From contig JAOZGP010000023.1 in NCBI GenBank assembly GCA_027491735.1, positions 42,656-106,655 of the forward strand: 64,000 bases of DNA, given 5' to 3'. The translations under genes and the position numbers were made by a program. Numbering within the stretch: the stretch's first letter is position 1; the number at the start of each line of letters is the position of its first letter. The notes below the pieces were generated by a model, which saw only the letters and a program-made list of their open reading frames with translations, was not told where the DNA came from and made no database searches. This DNA is from Thermoproteota archaeon. Its GTDB lineage: Archaea > Korarchaeota > Korarchaeia > Korarchaeales > Korarchaeaceae. This document shows, one piece after another, positions 62,383 through 64,000 of the stretch.

Positions 62383-63065
62383 ATGCCCTTCTCGGCCAAG
62401 CTCTTCGAGCCGGATCTACCGGTTCTCGAGGTAGTCAGGAGGTTGAGGGGGCTTAGGACAGAGAAAATTGTTGATGTGGACGGAAAGGATGTTGAAGTCG
62501 GACTCAGGGTGAAGGAGCTTGAGAAGAAGGATGGGGTTCTGAGAGGGTCATAGAGGAGAGCTTCCTCATATCCGTTAATTGTAGGGGAGAGGAGGGTTCC
62601 TACATCGGTTCCGGTTGAGTTCGAGTTATTTTCAACAGGAAGGCAGGAACTTCCTGGTGATAGAGGCCAAGAAGATGAGGACCTGTAAGGTAGCTTCTTG
62701 GATCTCAGCAGCGATATCGGCGAGCAAGGATGCCGTCTATGAGGCTAGAATAGATCCCGAAGTCCTGAGGAGCTTCTTTAAGAAAAGGATTGAGACCGTT
62801 AGAGTGGCGTTCTTCGATGAGGTCAGGCTCCCAAACGTCAACAAGCTCTCCCTTTACGGAAGGGAGCTCGTGAACACCGACATCTACAGGGGATATCTCA
62901 AGGTTGGCAGAGTGCGGTATGTCGTCTTTGAGCCGGAGGAGGGGGCTTGTCATTGGGCTGACAAGGGACTGCGTGATCACTTTCTTCTCAAAAATGGATG
63001 AGGAGAAGTGCTTTAAGTTCATCAGGGAGAAGGTGATCCCATTGACGATGAGGTCCCAGGAATGA
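62383..63065 (+). pseudogene. Multiply frameshifted hypothetical gene divergent from the SMC-like operon
   Basis: Coherent fragments MPFSAKLFE.., FFDEVRLPNVNKLSLYG..YLKVG..YVVF and LVIGLTRDCVITFFSK lie in different frames. Confidence 0.6.
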
Positions 63066-63433
63066 TCGAGGATCTCTGTGCGAACCATACCCAACTGCGA
63101 ACCTTGAGAGATCTTGCTTAGTGGTCAAAAACCCTCCACAGAAACTTATGGAGGAGGAGTGAGTTAAAAGGACCTGTCACTGCTTTGATCGTTGTAAGCT
63201 TCTGCTTCGCCTTATCCTGAGGATTTCGAACTTCTCGCTTTCAGCACCAGTTTTCAACATCGACTTCATTTTGAAATTTATGAAGATCCACTGCAAGAAG
63301 ACAACGGCTTTCAGGCAGCGAGAAGGCTGTAGAAGAGGTTTTTCCTTTACATGAAGCATGCTTCATGCATTGTCCCAGGAACTTCGAGGTTCATCTCCAT
63401 TCAGCATGTTATCCCTCCTCAGTCGGACAGCAT

Positions 63434-63616
63434 CCGTTCTTGTTCTCCGCTACATTCGAAGCTTTTGACACTGGCGGAAAACCTTCCCTCCTCAGGATTC
63501 ATTAGGGGGCTTTCTGGGGAACAGGGACTCCCCACATCTTCAGTTTTCTTAGCTCCGCCCTTTCGGGCTTCCCTTCCCTCTCCTCTCACCACCCATCCCA
63601 CATCTCGAGCGGAGCT
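63434..63616 (-). ncRNA. Orphan TnpB omega-RNA-like structured element, copy 2, with its own TATA box
   Basis: Homologous to 6011-6172. Contains AAGATGTGGGGAG..TTCCCCAGAAAGCCCCC..ATGA..CTGAGGAGGGAAGG and ends AGAACGG. TTTATAAA at 63640-63647. Confidence 0.65.
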
Positions 63617-63708
63617 TGTTCATCGTTGAACCATTCACCTTTATAAATTTGGATATCACAAAAATCTTCATATGTTACGAATACAACATTATATGTTTCT
63701 GCCCCACC

Positions 63709-63740
63709 TGTAGACATAGATGTAAACATTGATGTTTACA
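63709..63740. promoter_or_regulatory. Triple operator-like array TGTAGACA-N4-TGTAAACA-N4-TGTTTACA
   Basis: Same unit and spacing as 52939-52970. Confidence 0.55.
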
Positions 63741-64000
63741 ACAGAAATAGGGTTTGTGCTGGAGGCTGAGGATCCACTGCATCAGAGGAAGATGGGTGGT
63801 GGGTTCGACTGAGGGCCAAATGCAGCAGCTGGTCAGGACGTAAGGCAAGGAAAGCCATCGATCGGTTGAAGAAGGGCAGGGGATATTTAAATATTTCAAA
63901 ACTACATCCTTTTGTACTTAAGAACAGCGAGCGTGAGGTCGCCGCCTGCGGCCGATGGGCGCCGCTCCAATCCCTGCGGGGAATGACCCGGATGGGAGCC

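Noticed and set aside
63480-63545. Hammerhead-like CTGAAGA..stem..GAAA on the minus strand
   Set aside because: There are two extra nucleotides before stem II, stem I pairs poorly, and copy 1 lacks the CUGANGA core.

Overview
Archaeal genomic DNA, probably from a hyperthermophilic TACK lineage such as Korarchaeota. This is inferred from the GGTGA ribosome-binding sites, TATA boxes, archaeal MAT, MptA, TrpB2, IPCT/DIPPS and HerA/NurA. The window is mostly housekeeping and transport genes, separated by intergenic DNA full of gene relics: DNA ligase, PEPCK, guaA, a polar amino-acid ABC, asd/aspartokinase, a branched-chain amino-acid ABC, PanK with an ECF S-component, MAT, malic enzyme, kptA and Lhr. 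No rRNA, tRNA or CRISPR array was seen. Six things stand out. (1) Two homologous ORF-less structured RNA elements lie 57 kb apart (6011-6172 and 63434-63616, minus strand) and resemble TnpB omega-RNA scaffolds with an extra 5' module. (2) A triple TGTwkACA-N4 operator is shared by a pilin gene and the second RNA element. (3) A multi-stem RNA sits in the 5' leader of a NifB/NifX-family gene. (4) A NurA plus intein-containing HerA pair lacks mre11/rad50 and faces a CARF-like HTH regulator. (5) An Smc5/6-like SMC/kleisin/KITE operon is present. (6) An exact 49-bp inverted copy of an lhr segment is captured at a relic junction. Family assignments come from motif recognition only; no database searches were run.
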